This document shows, in pieces, positions 26,622 through 36,178 of a stretch of 64,000 nt of DNA. Origin of the DNA: Phycisphaerae bacterium. GTDB lineage: Bacteria; Planctomycetota; Phycisphaerae; WQYP01. The translations under genes were made by a program, and so were the position numbers. The DNA lies in contig JBBRWV010000001.1 in assembly GCA_038248985.1 (NCBI GenBank), positions 3,091 to 67,090 on the forward strand. Reading direction: 5' to 3'. The notes beneath the pieces were generated by a model, which had not been told where the DNA came from, ran no database searches, and saw only the letters and a program-made list of their open reading frames with translations. Numbering within the stretch: the first letter of the stretch is position 1; the number at the start of each line of letters is the position of its first letter.

Positions 26622-28532
26622 ATGGTCCCCGCGATCATTGTCTTCCTCTACCTTGCCGTCGTCCTCTACGTCGGCATCTTCGCTTTCCGTAAATCCAAAA
26701 AAGGCGCCGGTTCCGCCGAGGAATTCTTCGTCGCCAACCGCTCCCTCGGCACCTTCGTCTTCCTCCTCTCCCTCTTCGGCTCCAACATGACCTCCTTCGC
26801 TATCCTCGGCTCCTCCGGCCTCGCCTTCCGCAATGGCATTGGCGTATTCGGACTTATGGCCTCCATCTCCGGCATCGTCATCCCCCTGTCCATCTTCTTC
26901 GTCGGCACCCGCATCTGGGCCCACGGCAAAAAATTCGGACACATGACCCAGGTCCAACTCTTCCGCGACCGCTGGGAAATGGGCCACATCGGCACCGTCA
27001 TTTTCGCCCTCCAAGCCCTCATGCTCATTCCCTACATCATCATCGGCGTCATGGGCGGCGGAGAAACCCTCAACGGCGTCTCCGGAGGCACCGTCCCCTA
27101 CTGGCTCGGCGGCGGCGTCGTCGCCCTCGTCGTCATGTCCTACGTCTTCTTCGGCGGCATGCGCGGCACCGCGTGGGTTAACACCCTCCAAACCCTCATG
27201 TTCCTCGTCTTCGGCACCATCGCCTTCATCATCATCGCCCGCGGCATCGGCGGCTTGGGCGTCACCGTGCAATCCATGGCCGATACCCTCAAGCCCCAGC
27301 CCGCCGCCACGATGCAACCCTCCATGACCGAACGCTTCGCCGCATCCGCTCCCGCATCCACCGCTCTTTCCGCCGCCGCAACATCCCCACCGCGCTCCGC
27401 CATCGCCGCTGCCCCACGCACCGTTCCTCCGCCTGATGGCGCCGTCCTAATTCGCGGCAAAACCAACCCTGCGGATCCCCATGCACAAGATCGCATCGCC
27501 AAAGGTTACTGGGCGTCCTACGCCTTGATTCCCTTGTCTTCCATCATGTTTCCCCACATTGCCATTTTCTGCCTCACCGCCAAAAAACTCAGCAGCTTCC
27601 GCAAAACCGTCATCCTCTACCCCCTGTGCATTCTCGCCATCTGGTTTCCTGCGGTATTCCTCGGCGCGGTCGCTTCGTCCCAACCCGCAGTCATTGCGAA
27701 CCTCGCCATCGAATCCCAGGGATTCCCCGCCTTCCAAACCGCCAATCCGCCAGCCGCCGCCCTCATGCAAAAACTGGCCCACGGTGAAATCACAGCGAAA
27801 GACGCCGCCGCCAAGCCGCTCCTCGCCGGGCCGCTCAAAGGCGAAATGAAAAAACTCGCAAATTCCAACTCCGACGGCGTCATGCTCGACATGCTCCGAC
27901 TCTTCGCCCCCGGCGTTCTCGCCGGCATCCTCGGGGCCGCCATCATGGCCTGCGTCATGGCCTCCGACTCCCAGATCCTCGCTCTCTCCACGATGTGGGC
28001 CGAAGACGTCTACCGCTTCCACGGCGGCACCTCCGAAGCCAAACAGGTCTGGTCCGCCCGCGCCTTCGTCGTCATCATCACCATCATCGCCTACATCATC
28101 GCCCTCGCCGTCCACCAGTATTCCAACATCTTCGAACTCGCCATCCAGTACGCCTTCTCCGGCTACGCCTCCATGGCACCCATCATGCTCGCCGCCCTTT
28201 TCTGGAAACGCTCCACGAAGTGGGGCGCACTCGCCGCCACCCTCTGGATCGCCTTCTCCCTTCTCGGCATCACCATCATCCAGGCCTACACAGTCTCCGC
28301 CGCGCCGGTCGTCGCGACCCAACCCCCCAACATCATCTTCTCCCTCGGCAATCTCCCCATCCTCCTCCGCGAATACAACCGCGTTTCCTTCACCGAATTC
28401 CGCTTCCTCATTGTGCTCCCCATGTTCATTGGCTCCTGCCTCTGCGTCTACTTGGGCTCTATCCTCACCCAACCTCCGTCACTTGCCACAATCCACCGCT
28501 ACTTCCCGCGCAAATCTCCTCTCCTTCACTGA
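26622..28532 (+). CDS. Sodium:solute symporter (SSS) family transporter with an unusual ~70-aa low-complexity Ala/Pro/Ser-rich insertion
   Basis: The N-terminus FFVANRSLGTFVFLLSLFGSNMTSFAILGSSGLAFRNG matches SSS-family N-terminal conservation, with 13+ TM segments. The insertion PQPAATMQPSMTERFAASAPASTALSAAATSPPRSAIAAAPRTVPPPDG is mid-protein. Confidence 0.85.
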   Translation: MVPAIIVFLYLAVVLYVGIFAFRKSKKGAGSAEEFFVANRSLGTFVFLLSLFGSNMTSFAILGSSGLAFRNGIGVFGLMASISGIVIPLSIFFVGTRIWAHGKKFGHMTQVQLFRDRWEMGHIGTVIFALQALMLIPYIIIGVMGGGETLNGVSGGTVPYWLGGGVVALVVMSYVFFGGMRGTAWVNTLQTLMFLVFGTIAFIIIARGIGGLGVTVQSMADTLKPQPAATMQPSMTERFAASAPASTALSAAATSPPRSAIAAAPRTVPPPDGAVLIRGKTNPADPHAQDRIAKGYWASYALIPLSSIMFPHIAIFCLTAKKLSSFRKTVILYPLCILAIWFPAVFLGAVASSQPAVIANLAIESQGFPAFQTANPPAAALMQKLAHGEITAKDAAAKPLLAGPLKGEMKKLANSNSDGVMLDMLRLFAPGVLAGILGAAIMACVMASDSQILALSTMWAEDVYRFHGGTSEAKQVWSARAFVVIITIIAYIIALAVHQYSNIFELAIQYAFSGYASMAPIMLAALFWKRSTKWGALAATLWIAFSLLGITIIQAYTVSAAPVVATQPPNIIFSLGNLPILLREYNRVSFTEFRFLIVLPMFIGSCLCVYLGSILTQPPSLATIHRYFPRKSPLLH

Positions 28533-28558
28533 CCCCTAACCCCTGACTCTGGCCCCTT

Positions 28559-29863
28559 ATGTCGCTCAACATCACCATCCTCGCCGCCGGTGCCGCCGGC
28601 ATGTATTGCGGCTCCTGCCTGCGCGACAACGCCCTCGCCGCCTCACTCCTCCAACTCGGCCACCGCGTCACCCTCCTCCCCCTCTACACACCCCTCCGCA
28701 CTGATACCCCCGACGTCTCCAACCCCCACATCTTCTACGGCGGCATCAACGTCTACCTTCAACACGCCTCCAAACTCTTCCGCATCACCCCCCGCATCTT
28801 CGACTGGCTCTTCGACCGCCCCTTCCTCCTCACCATGGCCGGTTCCATGGGTGCCGGCACCCACCCCTCCAAACTCGCCTCCCTCACCCGCGACATCCTC
28901 CTCGGCTACAACGGCCCCACCCACAAAGAACTCCGCCGCCTCATCGCCTTTCTCGCCTCCGACATCCAACCCAACATCATCACCCTCCCCAATCTCATGT
29001 TTGCCGGCATGGCCCAGGCCTTCGTCGAAAAACTTCACTGCCCCGTCATCTGCGAACTCACCGGCGAAGATCTCTTCCTCGACGCCATGGCCGAATCCGA
29101 CCGCAACAACATCCGCGCCCTCATCCGCCAAACCACTCCCCACATCGCCCAGTTTGTCGCCACCTCCCACTACTACGCCCAAAAAATGTCCACCTACCTC
29201 GACCTCCCTCCCGAAAAAATCACCATCATCTACCCCGGCCTCCCCGGCGAAATGCTCGACACCCCCAAATCTCCCTCCTCACCCCTGAGTCCTCAACACT
29301 TGAATCTCACCTACCTCGCCCGCATCTGTCCCGAAAAAGGCCTCGACCAACTCGCCGACGCCTTCCTTCTCCTGCAAAAACTCCCCCACACCGATCACAT
29401 CCACCTCCACTACGCCGGCTACCTCGGCCCCGCCTACAAAGCCTGGCACCATGCCCTGCAACAGCGCCTGCACCACGCCGGCCTCGCCGCCCGCGTCCAT
29501 TACCACGGCACCGTCGACCTCGCCGGAAAAATATCCCTCCTCGATAACGCCCACCTCTTTTGCGTCCCCACTCACTATCCCGAATCCAAAGGCATCTTCG
29601 TCCTCGAAGCCCTCTCCCGCGGCGCCCCCGTCCTCGCCCCCAACCACGGCTCATTCCCCGAGATCGCCCAACTCACCAGCGCCCTCGACCTCACCCCGCC
29701 CCACAACCCCCAACTCCTCGCCGAAAAAATCCACTCCCTCCTTCACAATCCGCAGCGCCTCCAATCCCTCTCCCAGAACGCCCGCCCCTCCATCGAAACA
29801 CACTTTACCGCCCGACACATGGCCACCCAGTTCGCTAAACTCTGCATCCAACTGCAAAACTAA
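28559..29863 (+). CDS. Glycosyltransferase family 1 (GT4-like, group 1)
   Basis: C-terminal GT-B domain with LFCVPTHYPESKGIFVLEALSRGAPVLAPNHGSFPEI (E-x7-E-like motif region). Confidence 0.8.
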   Translation: MSLNITILAAGAAGMYCGSCLRDNALAASLLQLGHRVTLLPLYTPLRTDTPDVSNPHIFYGGINVYLQHASKLFRITPRIFDWLFDRPFLLTMAGSMGAGTHPSKLASLTRDILLGYNGPTHKELRRLIAFLASDIQPNIITLPNLMFAGMAQAFVEKLHCPVICELTGEDLFLDAMAESDRNNIRALIRQTTPHIAQFVATSHYYAQKMSTYLDLPPEKITIIYPGLPGEMLDTPKSPSSPLSPQHLNLTYLARICPEKGLDQLADAFLLLQKLPHTDHIHLHYAGYLGPAYKAWHHALQQRLHHAGLAARVHYHGTVDLAGKISLLDNAHLFCVPTHYPESKGIFVLEALSRGAPVLAPNHGSFPEIAQLTSALDLTPPHNPQLLAEKIHSLLHNPQRLQSLSQNARPSIETHFTARHMATQFAKLCIQLQN

Positions 29864-29881
29864 AACCCACTCAAACTCTCT

Positions 29882-30592
29882 TTGATAGAATCACACACTA
29901 TGCAAATCGAAATCACCAACCTCTCCAAGTCCTACCCGACCCCCACCAACCCCCTCGAAATCCTCCGCGACCTCACCCTCCTCATCCCCTCCGCACAATC
30001 CACCGCCATCCTCGGACCCTCCGGCTCCGGAAAATCCACCCTCCTCAACATCCTCGGCACCCTCGACACTCCCACCTCCGGCTCCGTCGCCTTCCTCCCC
30101 CGCGACCGCTCCTCCCCGCTTAGCCCCCTCACATTCGCCCCCGCCGCCCTCGCCCAATTTCGCGCTGCCTACATCGGCTTCGTCTTCCAGGACCACCACC
30201 TCCTTCCCCAGCTCAACGCCCTCGAAAATATCCTCCTCCCCAAACTCGCCCTCGGTGGGGGGGCTGCATCTTCCAAAGAATCCTCCGATCGCGCCGCCTG
30301 GCTCCTCGCCCGCATCGGCCTCGAATCCCGCCGCTCCCACCTCCCCACCCAACTCTCCGGCGGCGAACGTCAACGCATCGCCATCGCCCGCGCCCTCATG
30401 AACGCCCCCTTCCTCCTCCTCGCCGACGAACCCACCGGCAACCTCGACCCCCACACCGCCGACTCCATCATTTCCCTCCTCCTCTCCATCGCCACCGAAA
30501 CCGCCGCCACCCTCATCGCCGTCACCCACAACCCCGCCCTCGCCGAGCGCTTTCAAAAATCCTACACCATGCACAACGGCCAACTCGCCTGA
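29882..30592 (+). CDS. ABC transporter ATP-binding protein, LolD/MacB/FtsE-like
   Basis: Walker A GPSGSGKSTLLN, Q-loop, signature LSGGERQRIAIARAL, Walker B LLLADEPTGNLD and H-loop VTHN. The start could also be ATG 29900. Confidence 0.9.
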   Translation: MIESHTMQIEITNLSKSYPTPTNPLEILRDLTLLIPSAQSTAILGPSGSGKSTLLNILGTLDTPTSGSVAFLPRDRSSPLSPLTFAPAALAQFRAAYIGFVFQDHHLLPQLNALENILLPKLALGGGAASSKESSDRAAWLLARIGLESRRSHLPTQLSGGERQRIAIARALMNAPFLLLADEPTGNLDPHTADSIISLLLSIATETAATLIAVTHNPALAERFQKSYTMHNGQLA

Positions 30593-30650
30593 TAAAAACA
30601 AATCCCACGTTGTCCTTCCTTCCCCCTGCGTCAAACGTGAAGCTTGAAAC

Positions 30651-33600
30651 TTGAAACTTCGCACCCTCATCTTCCGCACCCTCGCCCACTACCGCGCCCT
30701 CAACGCCGCGCTCCTCCTCGCCATCGCACTCGCCACCGCCGTCCTCACCGGCTCCCTCCTCGTCGGTGATTCCGTCCGCCATTCCCTTCGCACCCTCGCC
30801 ACCCAACGTCTCGGCCCCGTCGAATCCGTCCTCCTCGCTCCCGATTTCGTCGACATCTCCCTCGTCGAACGCCTCAACGCCGATCCCGATTTCGTCGCCT
30901 TCTACGGCACCGCTCACGCCGGCATCACTCTCCAAGGCCGCATCGCCGATGTCGCCACCAATCTCTCCGCCTCCTCCGTTTCCGTTTTCGCAATCGATCA
31001 CCCCGACTCCCAAATCCCTGCCGGCAAAACCATTCTCAATAATTCCCTCGCCGACCTCCTCAACCCCGCCCCCGACGCCGCGCTCCACCTCACCATCCCC
31101 GCGCCCGTCAGCATCCCCCTCGACGCCACCCTCGCCCGCCGTTCGCGCTCGGACATCCTCGCCGCCGCCAACGTCTCTCTCGACCGCATTGTCTCTGGCC
31201 CCAGCTTCCTCTCCCTGTTCTCCCTCGCCCCCTCGCAACGCTCCCCGCGCAACCTCTGGCTGAACCTTCGCGATCTCCAATCCGCCATCGACCGCCCGCA
31301 CGCCGCGAATTTCTTCATCTTCACGCGCGACAAACCTTCCGCATTGCCACCTCCCACCCGATCCTCCTCCGACGCCCTCAAAAAACACTTCACCCTCGCC
31401 GACTACCATCTCGCCCTCCAGAAAAACCCCGCCACCGCGCAACTTGATCTCACCTCCACATCCACGTACCTCCGCCCCTCCGTCCTCACCGCCCTGCAAA
31501 AAATCGCCCCCCACGCCCAGCTCTTCTCCACCAACCTCCTCACCCAAGTCACCCTCGCGCCCCCCCCGTCTCAGCCCTCTGCCCCCACACCTCAGCCTCT
31601 CCATTACGTAATCGCCACCGCCACCAACGCGCCCCTCACCGGCAGCGGTGGGGGGGAGGGGGCGGCCCTCAACGACCACGAAGTGGCCATCAACCAGTGG
31701 ACCGCCGACCAGCTTCACGCCAAAGTCGGCGACACCCTCTCCTTCGCATTCCTGCGCCGCATCCCGGATGGTACCTTGCGGGAAATGCCCTCCTCCAAAT
31801 CCTTCACCATCGCCGCCATCCTCCCCCCCGATCATCCCCTCGCCACCGATCCCGCGCTTACCCCCAACTACCCCGGCCTGACCGATTCCGATTCCGTCGC
31901 CGATTGGTCCCCTCCCGAAGGCTTCCCCTTCAATCCCAAACTCGTCACCCCCGCCGATGAAGACTATTGGAAAGACCATCGGGCCGCCCCCAAAATCTTC
32001 CTCCCCCTCTCCGCCTCCAACCTCTGGGCCACCCCCCTGGGCACCATCACCTCTGCCCGCCTGCCGGTGGAAATCCCTCCCGAAAATCCCCAATCAGCAA
32101 TGGGCCATTGGCCGTCGGCAATATTGCAGGCCCTCAACCCCGCCGACTTCGGCTTCTCCTTCCAACCCCTCCGCAAGCAGCAACTCGCCGCCGCCTCCGG
32201 CTCCACCGATTTCTCCGCCCTCTTCCTCGGCTTCTCCTTCTTCCTCATCTTCTCCGCCCTCTGCCTCCTTGCCCTCCTCGCCAAACTCGCCGTCGAACAA
32301 CGCCTCCCCCAACTCGGCCTCCTCGCCTCCCTCGGCTTCTCTCCCCAAAAAATCACCCGCTCCCTCCTCGCGGAATTCCTCTCCCTCGCCCTCCTCGGCA
32401 CCCTCCTCGGCACACTCGCCGCCATCGTCTACACCGCCCTCATCATCCACCTCCTCACCACTTGGTGGCTCCCCGCCGTCGGCACCACCGCCCTGCACCT
32501 CCATCTCTCTTCTGCCTCCCTCCTCCAAGGCCCCGCCATCTCCCTCTTCATCACCGCCCTCACCCTCTTCCTCTCCCTCCGCAAATACGCCCACCGTTCC
32601 CCCATCTCCCTCCTCACCGGTACGCCTCCACAAAAAATCAGCACGCGCAAACCGCCTCTCGCTCCCCCCAAAAAAACCTTGAAAATTGTACCTTGTACCT
32701 TGAACCTTCGCCGCCTCGCCTCCCGCAACAACCGCCTCCACCCCACACGCTCCTTCCTCATCATCGCCCTCCTCGCCTCCGCCTCCTTTCTCCTCGTCCT
32801 CGTCGCCTCCATGAAGCAACTCCCACCTGCAGACCCCTCCCTCACCCCCTCCGGCACCGGCGGCTTCCGCCTCATCCTCACCGCCGACATCCCCCTCCTC
32901 GGCAATCTCAACACCCGCGAGGGCCGCCAACTTCTCGCCCTCAAAGACCCCCACAACCCCCTCCTCTCCCGCGCCCACTACACCAACCTCCGCGCCTCCC
33001 CTGGCCAGGACATCTCCTGCCTCAACATGACCCAACCCACCCAACCCGCCATCCTCGAATTTCCCCCCGGCATCCTGTCCCGATTTCTCATCTCCTCACC
33101 TCCCACACCTTTAGCAGAACTCCGCAATCTCTTAACCCCTCTCACCGGCCCTATCCCCGTCTTCGCCGACCAGGACACCGCCCAGTACATCCTCCACCTC
33201 CACTGCGGCGACTCTCTCCCCTTCACCGATCAATCCGGCCAACCCCGCACCCTCCAACTCGACGCCACGCTCAGCGGCTCCATTTTTCAATCCCAACTCC
33301 TCATGGACTCCGCCCATTTCTCCGCCCTCTTCCCCCTCCAAACCGGCTACTCCGTCGTCCTCATCGAATGTCCCGAGGAAGACGCACTCCCCCTGCAAAA
33401 ACTTCTCGAATTCGAACTCGCCGATTTCTCTGTCTCCGTCGAACCCACCACCGCCCGACTCGCCCGCTACAAAGAAGTCGCCAACACCTACCTCGCCACC
33501 TTCCAATCTCTCGGCAGCCTCGGTCTCCTCCTCGGCACCCTCGGCCTCGCCATCGTCCTCCTCCGCTCCACCCTCGAACGCCGCGCCGAACTCGCCCTCC

Positions 33601-33854
33601 TCCTCGCCCTCGGCTTCACCAAATCCTTCCTCACCCGCCTCCTCCTCCTCGAAAATGCCTCCCTGCTCCTCGTCGGCCTCACCCTCGGCACCCTCCCCGC
33701 CCTCTCCCTCGCCCTCTTCACCCCCCGCCCCCTCAACTTCCCCGCCCTCGCCCTCTCCTTCACCGCCATCCTCCTCGCCGGCCTCCTCTCTCTCCTCCTC
33801 GCTCTCCCCCTCGCCACCAAATCCCTCACCCCCGCCTCCCTCCGCAACCACTAA
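30651..33854 (+). CDS. Large ABC transporter permease with two FtsX-like domains (MacB/YbbP-type)
   Basis: Internally duplicated: N-terminus LKLRTLIFRTLAHYRALNAALLLAIALA and a mid-protein counterpart. The C-terminal FtsX helices end in ELALLLALGFTKSFLTRLLLLENASLLLVGLTLG. TTG start per ORF track. Confidence 0.85.
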   Translation: MKLRTLIFRTLAHYRALNAALLLAIALATAVLTGSLLVGDSVRHSLRTLATQRLGPVESVLLAPDFVDISLVERLNADPDFVAFYGTAHAGITLQGRIADVATNLSASSVSVFAIDHPDSQIPAGKTILNNSLADLLNPAPDAALHLTIPAPVSIPLDATLARRSRSDILAAANVSLDRIVSGPSFLSLFSLAPSQRSPRNLWLNLRDLQSAIDRPHAANFFIFTRDKPSALPPPTRSSSDALKKHFTLADYHLALQKNPATAQLDLTSTSTYLRPSVLTALQKIAPHAQLFSTNLLTQVTLAPPPSQPSAPTPQPLHYVIATATNAPLTGSGGGEGAALNDHEVAINQWTADQLHAKVGDTLSFAFLRRIPDGTLREMPSSKSFTIAAILPPDHPLATDPALTPNYPGLTDSDSVADWSPPEGFPFNPKLVTPADEDYWKDHRAAPKIFLPLSASNLWATPLGTITSARLPVEIPPENPQSAMGHWPSAILQALNPADFGFSFQPLRKQQLAAASGSTDFSALFLGFSFFLIFSALCLLALLAKLAVEQRLPQLGLLASLGFSPQKITRSLLAEFLSLALLGTLLGTLAAIVYTALIIHLLTTWWLPAVGTTALHLHLSSASLLQGPAISLFITALTLFLSLRKYAHRSPISLLTGTPPQKISTRKPPLAPPKKTLKIVPCTLNLRRLASRNNRLHPTRSFLIIALLASASFLLVLVASMKQLPPADPSLTPSGTGGFRLILTADIPLLGNLNTREGRQLLALKDPHNPLLSRAHYTNLRASPGQDISCLNMTQPTQPAILEFPPGILSRFLISSPPTPLAELRNLLTPLTGPIPVFADQDTAQYILHLHCGDSLPFTDQSGQPRTLQLDATLSGSIFQSQLLMDSAHFSALFPLQTGYSVVLIECPEEDALPLQKLLEFELADFSVSVEPTTARLARYKEVANTYLATFQSLGSLGLLLGTLGLAIVLLRSTLERRAELALLLALGFTKSFLTRLLLLENASLLLVGLTLGTLPALSLALFTPRPLNFPALALSFTAILLAGLLSLLLALPLATKSLTPASLRNH

Positions 33855-33917
33855 AATTCAGCAATGCGTCGCCTGATCTCACCGGCAAATGGAGAAAATT
33901 CATTGACGTCCGGGGTT

Positions 33918-33946
33918 TGTTCGGTACACTGAACAGCATACGAACA
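33918..33946. promoter_or_regulatory. Putative LexA (SOS) operator upstream of imuA: GAAC-N7-GAAC direct repeat overlapping a TGTTC-N8-GAACA palindrome
   Basis: tgTTCggtacactGAACAgcatacGAACaa lies 15-43 bp upstream of ATG 33961. RBS AAGGAA at 33950-33955. GTTC/GAAC-N7 repeats are the LexA box form used by alphaproteobacterial imuA-imuB-dnaE2 cassettes. Confidence 0.45.
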
Positions 33947-33960
33947 AACAAGGAATCCCC

Positions 33961-34733
33961 ATGCCTGTTCCCTCCGCCATCCTCCAAGATCCACGCTTCC
34001 AACTCATCACCGCTGACACCTTGCCCCCTGCGCTTATTGAAAATCCTCTCCACCCCCAACCCCGCCAAATTCACGAGTGGTTTCTGGAAAATAATCTCCC
34101 CACCTCACCCACCACCTCGCCTCCCACCTGGTTCCCCCCCTCCACCTCCTGGCCCTGGTGGCCCGCGAAGTATCTTTACCCCGCCCCGGACATATCCTCT
34201 GGATTGGCCGCAGATGTTGGCCCACCTTTCAAATGCTCTCCGATCCCGTGGCCCACAGCGCCCTGCTTCAACACAGCATCTTCCTTGACCCCGCCACCGA
34301 TGATGAACGCTTCTGGGCCATTGGCCAGGCCTTCCGCTGCCCCGGCGTCCGCGTCGTGGTCGCCGATGGAGCGAACCTTTCCCCCACCCTCAGCCGACGC
34401 CTCCAATTGGCCGCCGAAGCGGGTCACACCGTCGGATTATTGGCCCGCCCCTTGTGGGAACAAGATGTCCCCTCCTGGGCCCACGCACGCTGGCTCGCGA
34501 AACCCCAACCCTCCGGGCTTGCCTCTTCCCCGGGCGCATCTTCCTGGCAAATTGAACTCCTGTGCTGCAAAGGGCACCCAGCGGGCCACGACGCTTCGCC
34601 GCAATGGATATTGGATTGGAAATACGAGGTGTTCCGTGGAACAAATACTTTCCATCTTTCTACCCTCCTGGGATGTGGATCTGCATCAACGCAAATCCCC
34701 GCCCCCCAAAAATCCAGTCTTAAAATCGCGTAG
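33961..34733 (+). CDS. imuA: ImuA (SulA/RecA-like mutasome component), apparently frameshifted. The N-terminus is in frame 1 (33961 to ~34136) and the rest in frame 3 (to 34733), with a C7 homopolymer at 34134-34140.
   Basis: Frame 3 carries the ImuA hallmark VVVADGANLSPTLSRRLQLAAEAGHTVGLLARP and ILWIG...ERFWAIGQAFRCPG. The frame-1 start (ATG 33961, good RBS, SOS box) encodes TLPPALIENPLHPQPRQIHEWFLE, resembling the ImuA N-terminal region. Inserting one C into the C7 tract fuses both parts into a ~258-aa ImuA-sized protein. Confidence 0.7.
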
Positions 34734-36171
34734 GCCCGCCCTCCTTCTCGTCACCCCTCACTCACTACAGCAACGGGTGGCACGCTGCTGCCCGCTCGCC
34801 CGCCACGCCGGCATCACCCCCGGCATGAATCTGGCCGAAGCCCGCGCCCTCTGTCCCGTACATATCGCTCCTTTCGATCCCCCACGCAGCCGCAAAACCC
34901 TCGAACTTCTCGCCCAGTGGGCCCTCCGTTTCTCCCCCGTGGTCTCCGTTGATCCCACCCCCTGGGGCTACTACACCGACCCCTGCCCCGATGGACTCCT
35001 CCTCAATGTCACCGGTGAAGCCCCTCTCTTTGGAGGCGAACCCATCTTGCTCACCGAAATTCGCACGCAGTTGCAGCGCCTTGGCTTTGCCTCACGCCTC
35101 GCTGTCGCCCCCACCGTCGGAGCCGCCTGGGCCATCGCCCATTTCGGCCCTCATTCCACGTCCATCCTTTCTCATGAACACCTTCAAAATGCCCTTGCTC
35201 CTCTCCCCGTTGCTTCCTTGCGGATCACCCCCGAACTCTGCACGGCCATGCGCGATGTCGGCATCGAATACGTTCGTCACCTCCTCGCGATCCCCCGGCC
35301 AAATCTCCTGGTGCGCTATGGTAAAGAATTGCTCCTGCGCCTCGATCAAGCCTTTGGACGCACTCCCGAACTCGTCACCCCCATTCACCCCACCGCCCCC
35401 CTTCAGGCCTCCCGCGTGTTTGAGGGACCCGCCATACAAATCGAAGCCATCCTCTTAACCGTCCAAACATTGCTCGAAGATCTCACCCACCATCTCCTCC
35501 AACAAGAAAGCGGTGTGCGGGGCCTCCGCCTAGAATTGCTTCGCGCCCACGCCCCACCCGTCTTTCAGGAATGGATATTGGCACGCCCCAGCCGCGATAA
35601 AAAACATCTCTGGGAATTGCTACGCACCAAAGTCGAACGCCTGCACCTCGGGTACGGCGTCGAAGCCGTGAAGATGACCGCCTACTGGACGGAAGCCATC
35701 CCCCATCAACAACGGGATGCGTGGGAAACCGCAAATGACCATGACGAATCATTCGCCGCCTTGCTCGATACCCTCATCGGGCGCTGGGGTTCCAATCGCG
35801 TATTGTCCCCCCGCACCGTCGCCTCCCACACCCCCGAGGTCGCCCGCCAGTTTCGTCCCCTCACTGAAAAATCCGCCCCACCCGCCGACTTGGCCCTCCT
35901 CGATCGCCCCTCCGTCCTCTTTGATCCACCCGAACCCGCCGAGGCCTTTGCCCTCCAACCCGATCGTCCCCCCGTTTATCTCCGCTGGAAAGGCCAGGGC
36001 CATGAGCTCCTCACCGGCCAGGGCCCCGAACGCATTGTCACCGAATGGTGGGGTGCCCATCGTTCCAGCACCCGCGATTACTACAAAGTGCAAATCCTCG
36101 ATGGATCCTGGATCTGGACTTTTCAGGAAGTGGAAACCGGACGTTGGTTCATTCACGGTCTGTGGGCCTAG
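34720..36171 (+). CDS. imuB: ImuB (Y-family polymerase-like mutasome protein). The start codon is uncertain and overlaps the imuA stop.
   Basis: LLLVTPHSLQQRVARCCPLARHAGITPGMNLAEARALCP...LELLAQWALRFSPVVSVDP...LLNVTGEAPLFGG matches the ImuB/Y-family N-terminus. There is no canonical ATG/GTG/TTG in frame near the expected start, and the first in-frame GTG at ~34785 looks too late. Confidence 0.75.
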   Translation, partial: LKSRRPALLLVTPHSLQQRVARCCPLARHAGITPGMNLAEARALCPVHIAPFDPPRSRKTLELLAQWALRFSPVVSVDPTPWGYYTDPCPDGLLLNVTGEAPLFGGEPILLTEIRTQLQRLGFASRLAVAPTVGAAWAIAHFGPHSTSILSHEHLQNALAPLPVASLRITPELCTAMRDVGIEYVRHLLAIPRPNLLVRYGKELLLRLDQAFGRTPELVTPIHPTAPLQASRVFEGPAIQIEAILLTVQTLLEDLTHHLLQQESGVRGLRLELLRAHAPPVFQEWILARPSRDKKHLWELLRTKVERLHLGYGVEAVKMTAYWTEAIPHQQRDAWETANDHDESFAALLDTLIGRWGSNRVLSPRTVASHTPEVARQFRPLTEKSAPPADLALLDRPSVLFDPPEPAEAFALQPDRPPVYLRWKGQGHELLTGQGPERIVTEWWGAHRSSTRDYYKVQILDGSWIWTFQEVETGRWFIHGLWA

Positions 36172-36178
36172 GTGCAAT

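Noticed and set aside
31560-31567. C8 homopolymer inside the FtsX permease gene
   Set aside because: It is in frame, coding Pro-Pro-Pro in a Pro-rich loop. There is no evidence of frame disruption.
30636-32715. Short cttgaaa/ccttgaa tandem-like repeats at 30641-30660 and 32678-32712
   Set aside because: Both encode the conserved N-terminal helix of the two FtsX half-permeases (LKLRTL.../LNLRRL...). The DNA similarity reflects the ancient intragenic duplication and is not a mobile or regulatory repeat.
33961-34726. Frame-1 continuation of ORF 33961..36171 through the imuA region (PTSPTTSPPTWFPPSTSW...)
   Set aside because: Only the first ~45 codons look ImuA-like. The remainder is out-of-frame translation of imuA and is proline-rich with no motifs, and only the distal part is imuB.
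35717-36178. 5' extension of the dnaE2 ORF proposed by the ORF track
   Set aside because: It overlaps the imuB C-terminus in another frame. The homologous DnaE2 N-terminus begins at ATG 36179, directly after the imuB stop.
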